Source: an uncultured Verrucomicrobiae bacterium
GTDB taxonomy: Bacteria > Verrucomicrobiota > Verrucomicrobiia > Chthoniobacterales > Terrimicrobiaceae
Assembly: GCA_963706955.1 (NCBI GenBank)
Contig: CAVPOC010000015.1
Span: 1-64,000 of the forward strand
Direction of reading: 5' to 3'
DNA: 64,000 nucleotides
Of the stretch, positions 44,133 through 55,070 are shown in pieces. The position numbers were made by a program, and so were the translations under genes. Below the pieces are notes generated by a model. It ran no database searches, was not told where the DNA came from, and worked only from the letters and a program-made list of their open reading frames with translations. Position 1 is the first letter of the stretch. Every line of letters starts with the position of its first letter.

Positions 44133-44903
44133 TTACCGGTGGCCGACGGTTGAACGCAAGTGCGCGTCTGCATCCTGCGGGAGCTGCTCAAGTGGAGGAG
44201 AGTTTGGACACGCGTCGGGAATTCGGACGGTCGGTCGAGCCCAGTGCACAGCATTGATGATGATGCGCTGGACCTCCGGAATATAGTAAGTTGGATAGGT
44301 TTCGTGGCCCGGACGGAAGTAGAAGATGCGACCGTTACCGCGGGACCAGGTGCACCCGCTGCGAAATACCTCCCCACCGGTGAACCACGAGATAAAAATC
44401 AGCTCGTCGGGAGCGGGGATGCCAAATGGCTCACCGTACATTTCCTCGGCAGGAACCTCGAAATATTCGCCAATCCCTTGTGCGATCGGATGCGCGGGCA
44501 TCACGTTCCAAACGCGTTCCTTGTCATTAGCCTCACGCCACTTGAGCGAACAGGTAGTGCCCATGAGGGCTTTGAAGAGCTTGGCGTAGTGGCCAGAGTG
44601 CAGAACGACAAGACCCATTCCTTCAAGGACGCGCTTTTTGGCGCGCTCGACAATTTCGTCCTCAACGTCCCCATGGGCCATATGCCCCCACCACAGGAGC
44701 ACATCCGTCTGATCAAGAACGGACTCGCTGAGACCGTGCTCCGGCTCGTCGAGAGTCGCCGTGCGCACCTCAAAACTGGATTCCTTCCGAAGGAAGGCTG
44801 CGATCGCCTCGTGCATGCCTTGAGGATAGATCGCGGCAACCTGGTCACTCTTTTTTTCATGGCGAAACTCGCCCCAAACGGTAACGTTAAACGAAGTAGA
44901 CAT
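44133..44903 (-). CDS. thuA: Trehalose utilisation protein ThuA
   Basis: [46 protein letters not shown]. Confidence 0.92.
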   Translation of the reverse strand: MSTSFNVTVWGEFRHEKKSDQVAAIYPQGMHEAIAAFLRKESSFEVRTATLDEPEHGLSESVLDQTDVLLWWGHMAHGDVEDEIVERAKKRVLEGMGLVVLHSGHYAKLFKALMGTTCSLKWREANDKERVWNVMPAHPIAQGIGEYFEVPAEEMYGEPFGIPAPDELIFISWFTGGEVFRSGCTWSRGNGRIFYFRPGHETYPTYYIPEVQRIIINAVHWARPTVRIPDACPNSPPLEQLPQDADAHLRSTVGHR

Positions 44904-44996
44904 ACGAATTTTCCGCTTTAACTATCTCAGCTTCTCTTCCCGCGGCAACGGCGACAAGTTGCATTTGTCTGCGATTAGTAGTAAAAATCCGACCCT

Positions 44997-45848
44997 GTGC
45001 TGGCGATTGCGCGAGATCTCGAACGGGCGCTCTCTTCGCTTCGGACCGGGCAATTGAAGATCCGCATCGCCAAACAGACCGGGCTTTTTCAGCGCAAGCG
45101 AGGTTGTTTCTTTCATACTACCCCGGAGTTGTTTATTCAGACCGGCGGCGCCACAGATTTCGAGTGCCCGGGCGAAGTTTTCCGGGTTCGTAGTCGCGAA
45201 GTTTGCGTGATGCCCAGCGGGGTTGCTCATGCAGAGACGCCGGTGGATCTGAAAACTCCCTACGGGGTTTTAGTGTGTATGCATGCGCGCGACGGATTCA
45301 TCATCCAGCGCGCGGCGGCAACCCCCCAACAAGAGATCGTCGCGGTGAGTACCGAGCATCTCTCCAGTCCGCGCGGTCGAGCGGGATTTCGATATCTGGA
45401 CGAAATGCCATCAGGATCAATGGTCCCCGACAACTACCGATGGACCTTCGAACAAAGCTTGCTGGAGGCTTTTCTGATCACCTTGCTTAGCGAGTTAAAC
45501 CGGCCCGCCGCCGGGGATGCTTCCCGCTCGCCGTTGGTCGTCGAGGCTGAGAAACTTGCCCGCACCTTGCTTCCCGATCCCGACTTGTCGGTGGCACGTC
45601 TGGCACGTTCGCTGGGATGCTCAGCCGACTATCTCTCTCGGCGTTTCCACGAAGAGCGCGGTATGACCCTGACAGCATGGATCACCCGCGAGCGGATGGA
45701 CATAGCAAAGGATCTGCTGGCCGACCCACAACGCAATGTCGCCGAGATTTGCTGGGCTTGCGGCTTCAACGCGCCTTCCTATTTCATTCGCGTTTTCCGA
45801 CAGCACACAGGCACCACGCCACGCGCGTTCCGGATGACAGGAATTTAG
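44997..45848 (+). CDS. AraC-family transcriptional regulator
   Basis: Cupin-like HTTPELF...AHAE, C-terminal double HTH (CGFNAPSYFIRVFRQHTGTTP); divergent from thuA. Confidence 0.9.
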   Translation: MLAIARDLERALSSLRTGQLKIRIAKQTGLFQRKRGCFFHTTPELFIQTGGATDFECPGEVFRVRSREVCVMPSGVAHAETPVDLKTPYGVLVCMHARDGFIIQRAAATPQQEIVAVSTEHLSSPRGRAGFRYLDEMPSGSMVPDNYRWTFEQSLLEAFLITLLSELNRPAAGDASRSPLVVEAEKLARTLLPDPDLSVARLARSLGCSADYLSRRFHEERGMTLTAWITRERMDIAKDLLADPQRNVAEICWACGFNAPSYFIRVFRQHTGTTPRAFRMTGI

Positions 45849-45941
45849 CCTAAATCGGAAAATCGCAGGTTCGCTGGCACTACCGTTTCGACCAATGCTC
45901 AGCAGTTTGCGGCTGGAGTACCAAATCGCCAATAAACGGAC

Positions 45942-47539
45942 TTACGAGTCGCGCTGCGAGCGAGCCAGGAAGCGCTTGAGTCGCTGTTCTTCCACGTCGA
46001 GATCATGTTCGATGCGCCTGCGCACTTCTTCTGAAATCTCGCCGGTCCGGCGCATTCTGGCGAGGCGATGGCGCGCATGATCCATCAGCTTCGGGAGGAG
46101 ATCTCCGTCGCGGCTGGTGGCGTAGCGATTGATTTCCTTCGGCAGAGCGAGCCGGTCTTGCAACGTTCGCAGGCGGTCCTGGTAATGCATTTTCCAACGT
46201 TCGAGCGACTCGCGATACTCTGGTATCGGCTCGTTTTTGATCAGGTCATCGACTTCTTTAATGAGTTCATGAAGCAGGGAGACACGCGCCTTGCTTTCGC
46301 TCTGGAAATCCCAGTTCGGTTCCTCGACCTTCAGCTTGCGGGCAATCCACGGCAAAGTAAGGCCTTGAACCACCAGAGTGACAAAGATGACGCAAAAGGT
46401 CAGGAACAAGATGATATGGCGATGGGGAAACGCCTCGCCGGTCAATGTCACCAGTGGCAAGGCAAGCGCTGCTGCCATCGAGACCACACCACGCATGCCG
46501 GCCCACGAGGCGACCACCAGGTTGCCAATCGGTACATCCACCGCTGCAGAAAATATTTCTCGAAGAAGACCATCGGGAAGATCCAAAGAAATCGCACGGC
46601 AATGACCACGAAAGAGATTGCCGCCCCGACAAAGATCATCTGACCGACAGGCATTCTCATCTCACGCACAATCGTCGGAATTTGCAGACCAATGAGAATG
46701 AAGACGAGCCCGTTGAGGAGATAGTCCAGGAGCTTCCAGATGCTTTCGCGCTGCAACCGGCTCTCGGGACCGAGCGCTTCCCATGAGCGATGCCCGATGT
46801 ACAGGCCGGTCGTAACCACGGCGAGAACTCCGGAGAAGCCAAGTCGTTCAGCAGGCAGATAGGAAATGTAAGGCGTCAAAAGCGTGAGTGTCACCGCCAC
46901 GGAAGGATCACGCAAGTGGCGGTGGAGATACGCAGCGCTCATACCGATAAGCAGACCGAAGAGAGATCCTCCCAAGGACATCCAAACAAAATCAGCCGTC
47001 GCATCCGCAATCGAGAACGAGCCCGTGACGACAGCCGCGACGGCAAATTGATACGCCACCAACCCACTGGCGTCGTTGACAAGGCTCTCCCCCTCCAGCA
47101 CAGCCGACAACCGCTTCGGAATGCGTAGATTTTTCAAGACCGTCGTCGCGGCGACAGCGTCTGGAGGCGATACAATTGCGCCGAGCACGAAAGCCGGTGC
47201 CAGCGCCAGGCCCGGAATAAGCCAGTAAGCGGCGTAGGCGACGCAGACGATCGTGGCAAAGACAAGGCCGATAGCCAGAGCTAAAATCGGAAGGAAATTC
47301 GAACGAAAGTCTTCCCATGGAAAATTCCACGCTGCCGAGAAAAGTAACGGCGGCAAGAAAATCAGGAAGACGACTTCGGGATCCAGTCGAACCTCGGGCA
47401 GTCGCGGCAGCAAACCTATCAACAAGCCAGCCATGACCAGGAGGATGGGAAACGGGAATTTCACCCGCTCGGCCACAACTGCCAGGACGCTAACGATCCC
47501 GAGCAGTATAAGAACGGTGTGGATTTTCTCGATCATCAA
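45942..47539 (-). pseudogene. CPA1 Na+/H+ antiporter (YjcE-like) split by a frameshift near 46540; pseudogene or sequence error
   Basis: ORF 46448-47539 carries PPDAVAA and LEGESLVND; ORF 45942-46586 carries WAGMRGVVS and QGLTLP; the 1598-nt span is one base short of 533 codons. Confidence 0.85.
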
Positions 47540-47644
47540 GTCCCCAAGAATGTTCGAAGGGGCGAGCCGAGGTCAATCTGTGGTAAAATCGCAAGGCGTC
47601 AAAGCCCTTGCGCTCCGCTCGCCGCGATGCATTAGATGTGTTTC

Positions 47645-48760
47645 ATGGTTTCTGTCGAGCATACCGATCCGGTAAATGCCCGGATTCTCTCTATTTCCGA
47701 GGACAAGATTGCCGGCTTCGTCCGCGATCCCTTTGCGACGATCGCTCGCCAGGCTGGACTGCCGCTCGACGTCGTGCTCAGCAGGATTCGCAAGATGCTC
47801 GAAGCCGGAACGATCCGACGGGTGCGCCAAACGTTGCTCGCCACAAACCTTGCTTCCGGCGCGCTAGTTGCTTGGAAGGTTCCGCCTGAACGACTCGACG
47901 CCGCCTTCGATTTCATGTTTCAGGAGGATCCCTACTCCGGCCATGTAGTCATTCGATCGACGGACGCGAAAATTCCAGGCGGCGCCTACAAACTTTGGAC
48001 GACCTTGAAAGTCCCCGCAGGATTCTCCCTCGAAGCACATTGCCAGGCGCTGTGTTGCCGAACAGGAGCAGAAGCATTCCGGCTCATGCCGGCAAAAGGC
48101 ATCTTCGCTCTGGGAGTGGGTCACGTCAGGCGCAAGACGATTCACCCCGGCGATAAGGCTTCTGGGCCAGCAAAGATGCACGTCGTTGAGACGATTACCT
48201 TAAGCGAGCACGAGTGGCGCATCTTGACCGCTCTGAAGCGAGAGTTTGCGCCCGATGAAATTCGGGAGCCGGTTTGGGAGTCACGCGCCGCCGAAGCCGG
48301 TGTGTCACTCGAAGAGTTTCTCTCCGTCGCCGAATCGCTGGCCGCCCGCAAGCTCATCGGCAGGTTCTCCACCTTTTTGGAGCACGTGAAGCCCAGCCAG
48401 AGCGGAATGCGAGTTACCCGGTTTAATGCCCTCTTTCACTGGGCGGTCCCGCGAAATCGAGAGATTGAGGCCGGCGGAGAAATTGGCCGTCACGAGATTC
48501 TCACCCATTGTTATTGGCGGGAAGCAGGGCCCGAATTCAACAATGTCAACATCATGGGCGTGGCACATGGAACAGAAAAAGAGCGTCTGCTCGAACACAA
48601 GGAAGCCATCGACCACCACCTCAAATCGATGGGCATTCCTGTCGCCTATACCAACGTCTTTTGGGGCGGACGAAGCGAAATCAAGCCATCGGAAATTTCG
48701 CCCTTTGCCTATCGCGACTGGCTCAAGGCCCTCCAGCAGAACATGGCCGCCTACTCCTAA
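47645..48760 (+). CDS. Fused AhbA/AhbB (NirDL-like) siroheme decarboxylase, Lrp/AsnC-like fold
   Basis: Two HTH+RAM-like halves, LVAWKV, GHVVIR, THCYWR, MGVAHG, EIKPS. Confidence 0.7.
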   Translation: MVSVEHTDPVNARILSISEDKIAGFVRDPFATIARQAGLPLDVVLSRIRKMLEAGTIRRVRQTLLATNLASGALVAWKVPPERLDAAFDFMFQEDPYSGHVVIRSTDAKIPGGAYKLWTTLKVPAGFSLEAHCQALCCRTGAEAFRLMPAKGIFALGVGHVRRKTIHPGDKASGPAKMHVVETITLSEHEWRILTALKREFAPDEIREPVWESRAAEAGVSLEEFLSVAESLAARKLIGRFSTFLEHVKPSQSGMRVTRFNALFHWAVPRNREIEAGGEIGRHEILTHCYWREAGPEFNNVNIMGVAHGTEKERLLEHKEAIDHHLKSMGIPVAYTNVFWGGRSEIKPSEISPFAYRDWLKALQQNMAAYS

Positions 48761-50169
48761 GTTTCAGCGGTCAACCGCGCACGGAGGTCCGCCCGACTGA
48801 TCTTTCCGCGAGCATTAAGCGGGATTTCCTCGAAGAAAAACCATCGTCTGGGCACCTGCCAGGCTGCCAGATTGCTAGCACAAAGCCTCCGCAATTCCGC
48901 CTCGGTCACCGCTCCTTGTATACAGGCGACCACTTCCTCTCCTCGCGTGCTGGCGGCCAAGCCAAGCACCACCGCCTCGCGCACGTTCGGCGACATTTTC
49001 AGCACCCTCTCGACCTCGCCGGGATTCAGTTTCCGCCCGGCGACATTTATCAGTTCAGAAGTTCGTCCGACGAGGACGAATCCGTCTGCGCTCCTTTCCA
49101 GCAGATCCGCAGGGCGAAAGGCTCGGTCGGCGAAGTTCACCTCTTCGCCGGGGGGCCAGTAACCGGAGCCTACCGCCAGACTGCGTACCCACACTTGTGA
49201 AGGACCCTCGGTCTCGACACTCAAGCTAACTCCCTCGAGCGGCTGGCCTACAAAGTTGGGCGGGGTATCGATCAGGTCGCTTCGATCATAGCAAATACCT
49301 CCGCACTCCGAAGCACCGTACAAGGAATGTATCTTGCGACTCCAGCTTTCGAAGAAGCCTCTTGCGACCGTGCCGAGCAGCGGCGCGCCCGCGGAAACGC
49401 AGAGACGAAGCTTCCTTAGTGAAACAGAAAACTCTGCCAGGCTTCGAAAGATTGCCGGGACTCCCGGAAAGACCGTCGCCGAAGTGGTTCGAAGTCCTTC
49501 GATAATCGCGCGAGGAATAAGGTCTGACGAAACGACCAGGCCGATGCCATCGCAGAGCAGCGGAGTAATCAAGTTGCTAAAGCCGTAAGAATGAGCAAAG
49601 GAAGCGACTCCGTAGTTGAGATCACTCTCGCGCAATCCCATCGTTTTGCAGATATTCTCATAATCTGCCAGGAGCTGCCCGGCGCTAAAGCTAATCGCGC
49701 GCGGCTCAGATGTTGTTCCCGACGTCACTTTGAGCATGTCCGCGCCCGAGTTTACCAGCGGTTCCAAATCCTCCCGTTGCGCGGTTTCGAGTCCGGCGTC
49801 CGAGGGGACAACGCGAAGGTCTGCTCCACAAAATTGCTCGATTCGGCGTCGGCGGTCAGCAGAGACATCGAGTTCCAGCGGCAGAAGAGTTCGACCGCTA
49901 CGCCAGGTAGCAATCACGATGGCAGGCCACTCCACACGATTTCCAATCTGGAGGCATACCGCTCCTGGCAAGTCACCGCGACCCAGTCGCGCCTCCCAGC
50001 GACGCGCCTCCTCTTCGATCAGGGAGAATGTCCGCAAGACAGTTCCATCAGGTGCAAAGATCGCCGCCTCTCCCTTTCTCGAGGAGAGCACCTCTCTCCA
50101 ACGCGATAGAATGGGATTGTTTTCCCTATTGCGCGAGTTCTCTTCCCTGGTAAAGTTATGGGTTTTCAT
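48757..50169 (-). CDS. Class I adenylate-forming enzyme (acyl-CoA synthetase-like); start uncertain, possibly GTG at 50091
   Basis: [36 protein letters not shown]. Confidence 0.88.
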   Translation of the reverse strand: MKTHNFTREENSRNRENNPILSRWREVLSSRKGEAAIFAPDGTVLRTFSLIEEEARRWEARLGRGDLPGAVCLQIGNRVEWPAIVIATWRSGRTLLPLELDVSADRRRRIEQFCGADLRVVPSDAGLETAQREDLEPLVNSGADMLKVTSGTTSEPRAISFSAGQLLADYENICKTMGLRESDLNYGVASFAHSYGFSNLITPLLCDGIGLVVSSDLIPRAIIEGLRTTSATVFPGVPAIFRSLAEFSVSLRKLRLCVSAGAPLLGTVARGFFESWSRKIHSLYGASECGGICYDRSDLIDTPPNFVGQPLEGVSLSVETEGPSQVWVRSLAVGSGYWPPGEEVNFADRAFRPADLLERSADGFVLVGRTSELINVAGRKLNPGEVERVLKMSPNVREAVVLGLAASTRGEEVVACIQGAVTEAELRRLCASNLAAWQVPRRWFFFEEIPLNARGKISRADLRARLTAET

Positions 50170-50173
50170 TGAA

Positions 50174-50410
50174 ATGAAGTCGTCGATCCATCCAACCTAC
50201 GTCGAGACCGTCATCGTATGCGCTTGCGGTGCGACCTATCGCACCCGCTCCACGCGGGACAACATCAAAATTGGCATCTGTGCGGCGTGCCATCCGTTTT
50301 TTACTGGTGAACAGAAGTTTGTCGATACGGCTGGGCGTGTGGATAAATTTAGGCGGCGCTACGGCACCGTGCGTGCTACGCGCGCAGTCAAGCCCGGAAA
50401 GAAAGCCTAG
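50174..50410 (+). CDS. rpmE: 50S ribosomal protein L31 (Zn-binding type)
   Basis: [30 protein letters not shown]-terminal 78 aa of track ORF 49730-50410. Confidence 0.96.
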   Translation: MKSSIHPTYVETVIVCACGATYRTRSTRDNIKIGICAACHPFFTGEQKFVDTAGRVDKFRRRYGTVRATRAVKPGKKA

Positions 50411-50481
50411 ATCCCTTCCACTGCCAACGGTGATCGCGCGTTGCGCCATCACCGTTTCGCTTTTTCTGGCATCAATACGCC

Positions 50482-51558
50482 ATGGACTACTCTGTCCTAA
50501 TCGACAAGAAACGACGCCGTTTCGAGGAATTGGAGGAGGAAATCAGCGGCGGGCTGGTTTTCGATATCGCCGGTCGGGCGCGAAACATCCTTCGCGAACA
50601 CGCCCGGCTTAAGGAGCTTGCCGAGCTTTGGGATGCCTACCAAAAAATTGAACAGGAGCTCGAGGAGAGCCAAAGGCTGACTGCCAGCGAAGACGCCGAA
50701 ATGGCGGAGCTCGCTTCCGCGGAGATTCCCAGTCTCGGAAAGCGTCTCGGCCAGCTCGAAAAAGATCTTCAAATAGCCCTGTTGCCTCCGGAGCCCGGCG
50801 AAGATCGGGACGCCATCGTGGAGATTCGAGCCGGAACCGGCGGAACTGAGGCTGCCCTTTTTGCAGCCGACCTCTATCGTATGTACAGCCGGTTTGCAGA
50901 AGCTAACCGCTGGAAGGTCGAAGCAATGGACTCCAGCCAAGCGGACCTCGGCGGCTTGAAAGAGATCGTCTTTCGGCTTTCGGGCGATTCCGTCTTTCGA
51001 AAGATGCGCTATGAGTCCGGTGTCCACCGGGTCCAACGAGTTCCCGCCACGGAAGCACAAGGCCGCATTCATACTTCCACGGCGACGGTCGCCGTCTTAC
51101 CCGAGGCCGAAGAAATCGATATCGAGCTCAAAATGGAGGACCTGCGGATCGAGGTTTGCCGGTCCGGAGGTCCCGGAGGACAGGGGGTGAATACTACGGA
51201 TTCAGCCGTCCAGATCCTCCATATTCCGACTGGCCGCATTGTGCGCTGCCAGGACGGCCGCAGCCAACAGCAGAACAAGGAACGCGCACTCCAGATCATG
51301 CGGTCTCGACTCCTCGAAGACAAACGGCGCCACGAGGAGGAGAAGTATTCAGCGCACCGCCGCAGCCTTATTGGAGGGGGAGGAAGGGAAGAAAAGATTC
51401 GCACCTATAATTTTCCGCAGAATCGGGTTACCGACCATCGGATTGGACTAACGATCTATAGCCTGGATCGCTTCATCGAAGGTGATATCGAAGAGATGAT
51501 CGACAGCTTGCAAGCCAGTGATATTTCGCAACGCCTCAAAGAGGCGGACATCGGCTGA
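50482..51558 (+). CDS. prfA: Peptide chain release factor 1
   Basis: GGQ motif, PxT (VPAT), [14 protein letters not shown]. Confidence 0.98.
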   Translation: MDYSVLIDKKRRRFEELEEEISGGLVFDIAGRARNILREHARLKELAELWDAYQKIEQELEESQRLTASEDAEMAELASAEIPSLGKRLGQLEKDLQIALLPPEPGEDRDAIVEIRAGTGGTEAALFAADLYRMYSRFAEANRWKVEAMDSSQADLGGLKEIVFRLSGDSVFRKMRYESGVHRVQRVPATEAQGRIHTSTATVAVLPEAEEIDIELKMEDLRIEVCRSGGPGGQGVNTTDSAVQILHIPTGRIVRCQDGRSQQQNKERALQIMRSRLLEDKRRHEEEKYSAHRRSLIGGGGREEKIRTYNFPQNRVTDHRIGLTIYSLDRFIEGDIEEMIDSLQASDISQRLKEADIG

Positions 51559-51621
51559 CCGATTTGCCTCGCCCGACGCGCCGCCAACTCCGCCGCCGGG
51601 TTGCTTCACCACCAAAAGCAC

Positions 51622-52467
51622 ATGACGGTCCTCGAGGTCCTCACAGCCGCAACCGGTTATCTCAAAGAGCATGGGGTGGAACATCCCCGGCTAAATGCCG
51701 AACACCTACTCGCGCACGTCCTTGGTAAAAAACGGCTCGACCTCTATCTCGAATTCGACCGTTCGCTGTCGGACGCAGAACGCGCACCGTTTCGCCGGCT
51801 GATCCGAGATCGGGGAACAAGAAGACCCCTGCAGCACCTTCTGGGGACGGCTGAATTCTTTGGTCGATCCTTTCTAAGCGACGGCCGGGCGCTGGTTCCC
51901 CGGCCTGAAACGGAACAACTCGTGGAACTGGTCCTTCAACAGCTTGCCAGCAGCCCAGAGGACGTCCGCATACTTGATGTTGGCACCGGTTCGGGAGTCA
52001 TCGCGATTACGCTGACTCTGGAATTCCCTCGTGCCGCCGTCTGGGCAACCGATGTTTCGCTTGAAGCTCTTTGCCTCGCTCGCGAGAACGGTATCCGGCA
52101 CTCGGTCGAGGTCAATTTCCTTCAGGCAAATCTGTTTCCGGCCGTGACCAAACGATTCGATTGGATCGTCGCGAACCTCCCCTACATCGTCTCCGAAGAA
52201 CTCGCCGGCCTTCAACGTGAGGTTCAGCACGATCCCCCTGCTGCGCTCGATGGCGGATCGGATGGTCTTTGCCACATCCGGAGACTCATCGAGTCCGCGC
52301 CCGAACACCTGACGCCAACCGGATGTCTGGCTCTGGAGCTTGGCCAAGGCCAAGCGGAGGTCGTTTCCTCTGAGCTCATCGCTCTCGGCTACGAAAAGGT
52401 TCGCATGTGGAAAGACTATCAAGGAATTGAGCGTTTCACCATTGCCTCGACTCCGCAGAAAGATTGA
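51622..52467 (+). CDS. prmC: Release factor glutamine methyltransferase
   Basis: LVPRPETE, LDVGTGSG, NLPY, ALDGG; follows prfA. Confidence 0.95.
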   Translation: MTVLEVLTAATGYLKEHGVEHPRLNAEHLLAHVLGKKRLDLYLEFDRSLSDAERAPFRRLIRDRGTRRPLQHLLGTAEFFGRSFLSDGRALVPRPETEQLVELVLQQLASSPEDVRILDVGTGSGVIAITLTLEFPRAAVWATDVSLEALCLARENGIRHSVEVNFLQANLFPAVTKRFDWIVANLPYIVSEELAGLQREVQHDPPAALDGGSDGLCHIRRLIESAPEHLTPTGCLALELGQGQAEVVSSELIALGYEKVRMWKDYQGIERFTIASTPQKD

Positions 52468-52547
52468 CCATCACTCTAGTGGATGAACTAAAATTAACGC
52501 GACAGCGGATCGCGGAAGGTCTATCAAGCTAGGCGGAAGCAGAAACA

Positions 52548-53807
52548 ATGGATAAGATCATCGTCCACGGGGGATCCAAGCTGAGTGGATGCGTTCGGAT
52601 CAGCGGTTCCAAGAACTCGGCTCTGCCAATTCTCGCTGCCACGCTGCTGACCAAGGAACCCTGTGTCATCTCCCGGGTGCCGGATTTGAGCGATATCCAT
52701 TACATGCTAACGATTCTTAGCGAACTTGGCTGCGAGGTGGAACGGGCGAGTGGCATAGTCACCGTAAAGGCAGAAAATGTGCTCACCGACGCGCCCTACG
52801 ACATCGTCAGGAAAATGCGCGCTTCGATCTGCGTTCTTGGACCTCTGCTGGGCCGGGAAAAGGAAGCGACGGTTTCACTGCCAGGAGGCTGCGTCATTGG
52901 CGATCGGCCGATCGATTTGCACCTGCGAGGCTTCGAAGCTCTCGGTGCCGCCGTGCGCGTTCAGAGAGGTAACATCAAGGTCCTCGCTCCTGAGCTGCAC
53001 GGAGCAACGATCAATTTGCGTGGCAAGTTCGGCTCAACGGTGCTCGGCACGGACAACGTCATGATGGCGGCCGTGCTCGCTGAGGGGACGACGGTGATTG
53101 ACGGCGCCGCCGAAGAACCGGAAGTCGAGGATCTCGCGAACTTCTTGATCGCCATGGGCGCGAAGATCGAGGGCGCCGGCACTCGGCGGATCATCATTGA
53201 AGGAGTAAAGGAACTCCATGGAGCTGAGCACCACATCATCCCGGACCGCATCGAGGCCGGCACTTTTCTAATTGCAGGGGCGATCATGGGCACCGAGGTA
53301 ACGATCACGCGTGCGGAACCACGCCATTTGAAGGCGGTTCTCGATCCTCTCACTGAAGCCGGTTTCTTGATCTCTACGGCGAAGGACACGGTCACCCTCC
53401 GCTCAAATGGGACTGGGCGTCCCCTCAAGCTGGAAACTTGTCCCTACCCGGGCTTTCCCACCGACATGCAGGCGCAGATGTGTGCGCTGCTTTCCACAAT
53501 CGATGGAATCAGTGTGATCACCGAAACTGTCTTCCCGCAAAGATTCATGCACGTGGCCGAACTCAAGCGGATGGGGGCCAATATCGAACTGGAAGGTCCG
53601 ACCGCGATCATCAATGGTGTCGCGAAGCTGAGCGGAGCACCCGTCATGGCCAGCGACCTCCGTGCCTCCGCTGCCCTCGTGCTCGCTGGACTCAAAGCGG
53701 AGAACTCTACCGAAATCAATCGCGTTTATCACATCGATCGAGGCTATGAGAGCCTCGACGAAAAGTTAAACGGGCTGGGTGCACAAATCGAACGGGTCAA
53801 AGTCTGA
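52548..53807 (+). CDS. murA: UDP-N-acetylglucosamine 1-carboxyvinyltransferase
   Basis: SGSKNSALP, LPGGCVIGDRP (active-site Cys), YPGFPTDMQ, HIDRGY. Confidence 0.98.
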   Translation: MDKIIVHGGSKLSGCVRISGSKNSALPILAATLLTKEPCVISRVPDLSDIHYMLTILSELGCEVERASGIVTVKAENVLTDAPYDIVRKMRASICVLGPLLGREKEATVSLPGGCVIGDRPIDLHLRGFEALGAAVRVQRGNIKVLAPELHGATINLRGKFGSTVLGTDNVMMAAVLAEGTTVIDGAAEEPEVEDLANFLIAMGAKIEGAGTRRIIIEGVKELHGAEHHIIPDRIEAGTFLIAGAIMGTEVTITRAEPRHLKAVLDPLTEAGFLISTAKDTVTLRSNGTGRPLKLETCPYPGFPTDMQAQMCALLSTIDGISVITETVFPQRFMHVAELKRMGANIELEGPTAIINGVAKLSGAPVMASDLRASAALVLAGLKAENSTEINRVYHIDRGYESLDEKLNGLGAQIERVKV

Positions 53808-53836
53808 TCCGCGCGCTCTCAAGCAGACTGTCTGGC

Positions 53837-53864
53837 CGCCTCGCGCGGTGCGACTTGTGAGGCG
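53837..53864. terminator. Possible terminator hairpin between convergent murA and rodA
   Basis: CGCCTCGC...GTGAGGCG followed by CTTGTT. Confidence 0.3.
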
Positions 53865-53951
53865 CTTGTTAGCCGCCCAGTCAGCTATTCCGCAGCCGCC
53901 TTGGCACCAACGCCTCTAGAAGTTTTCGGGTATTGTAGTGGGCACGTTGCC

Positions 53952-55055
53952 TTAGCGGGCCGTCTTACGATGAATCCAAACGCTCTGAAGGATGCCGAGC
54001 CCAAACAAGATCATCATCAGGAACGAGCCGCCGTAGCTGATCAAGGGAAGAGGAAGACCTGTGATCGGCGTAATCGAGATCGTCATTCCGATGTTTAGGA
54101 AAGTATAGGTAAAGATCAGCATGACGACACCGACAGCGAGTAGTTGCCCCAGCCCATCCTCCGCCTTCATGGCGATGTAGAGTCCTGTCAAGAGCAACAA
54201 ACCCAATGCTGCGATCAGCAGAATCCCGCCCAAGAATCCGTGCTGTTCACCCAGGACCGCGAAAATAAAATCGTTGTGTTTGATGGTGGTTGGCAAGAAG
54301 CCGAGTTCGTTCAAGGTGTTCGATGCTCTAAAACCTTTTCCAGAAAAGCCACCGGAGCCGATCGCCGTCAGTGATTGAATGATATTCCACCCGTTTCCCT
54401 GCGGGTCCAGGTAGGGATTCACGAAGCTGGTGATACGGGCATACTGGTATGGCTTGAGGGCAAAATTGACGATCAACGGCACCATGGCCACACCAACGAT
54501 CATCATGGCGATGAGCCACCTCTTGGGAACCTCTCCTACGAACAAGAGAGCGATCACCATTGGCACCCAGACAATGCACATCCCCAGATCTGGCTCGACG
54601 AGGATGAGCAGCCACGGTGCTCCAACGATCGCGCCACACCCTAGAATCCGCAAAACCGGGTAAATCTTTTTCGTTGCCTCTAGATACACCGCGATCGTCA
54701 TGATGCCGGCGAGAACGGCGAATTGGGAGGGTTGAACGCTCATGAACCCCAGGTTTAGCCAGCATTGCGCTCCATAGCGCCTCTCTCCCCAAAGCAGCAC
54801 GGCGACCAGCCCGATAACCCCCAGGACGTAACAGGGGACAGCTCCAAGGCGAATCCACCGGTAGTCAACTAGGGAGACGATAAAAAACACCGGGAGCGCG
54901 GCCAGGATCCAAACAATCTGGGACTTCCAAAACCTTTGCCCGGGAATCATCCACGTCGCGCTGTAGATTGCGTAAACTCCGTAAATCATCAGCGCAAACA
55001 TCAACAGGAACAAAATCCAGTTCATGCCAAGGAGCTTTCGAAGCCAGGAACGCAT
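53952..55055 (-). CDS. rodA: SEDS peptidoglycan glycosyltransferase (RodA-like)
   Basis: GAQCWL, VQPS, EPDLG, YQYARI, AIGSGG, HNDFIF, PLISYGGS. Confidence 0.85.
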   Translation of the reverse strand: MRSWLRKLLGMNWILFLLMFALMIYGVYAIYSATWMIPGQRFWKSQIVWILAALPVFFIVSLVDYRWIRLGAVPCYVLGVIGLVAVLLWGERRYGAQCWLNLGFMSVQPSQFAVLAGIMTIAVYLEATKKIYPVLRILGCGAIVGAPWLLILVEPDLGMCIVWVPMVIALLFVGEVPKRWLIAMMIVGVAMVPLIVNFALKPYQYARITSFVNPYLDPQGNGWNIIQSLTAIGSGGFSGKGFRASNTLNELGFLPTTIKHNDFIFAVLGEQHGFLGGILLIAALGLLLLTGLYIAMKAEDGLGQLLAVGVVMLIFTYTFLNIGMTISITPITGLPLPLISYGGSFLMMILFGLGILQSVWIHRKTAR

Positions 55056-55070
55056 GCGAACGAAGGATAT

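Noticed and set aside
46530..46570. Programmed -1 frameshift in the antiporter
   Set aside because: No slippery heptamer, and I know of no precedent in CPA1 genes
49730..50173. 148-aa N-terminal extension of L31 in the ORF track
   Set aside because: Antisense to the adenylating enzyme; L31 homology begins at ATG 50174
41229..53807. Remnant of a Bacillus-like rpmE-prfA-prmC-upp-atp-murA supercluster
   Set aside because: atp and upp are far away or in different orientation; proximity could be chance and cannot be tested here
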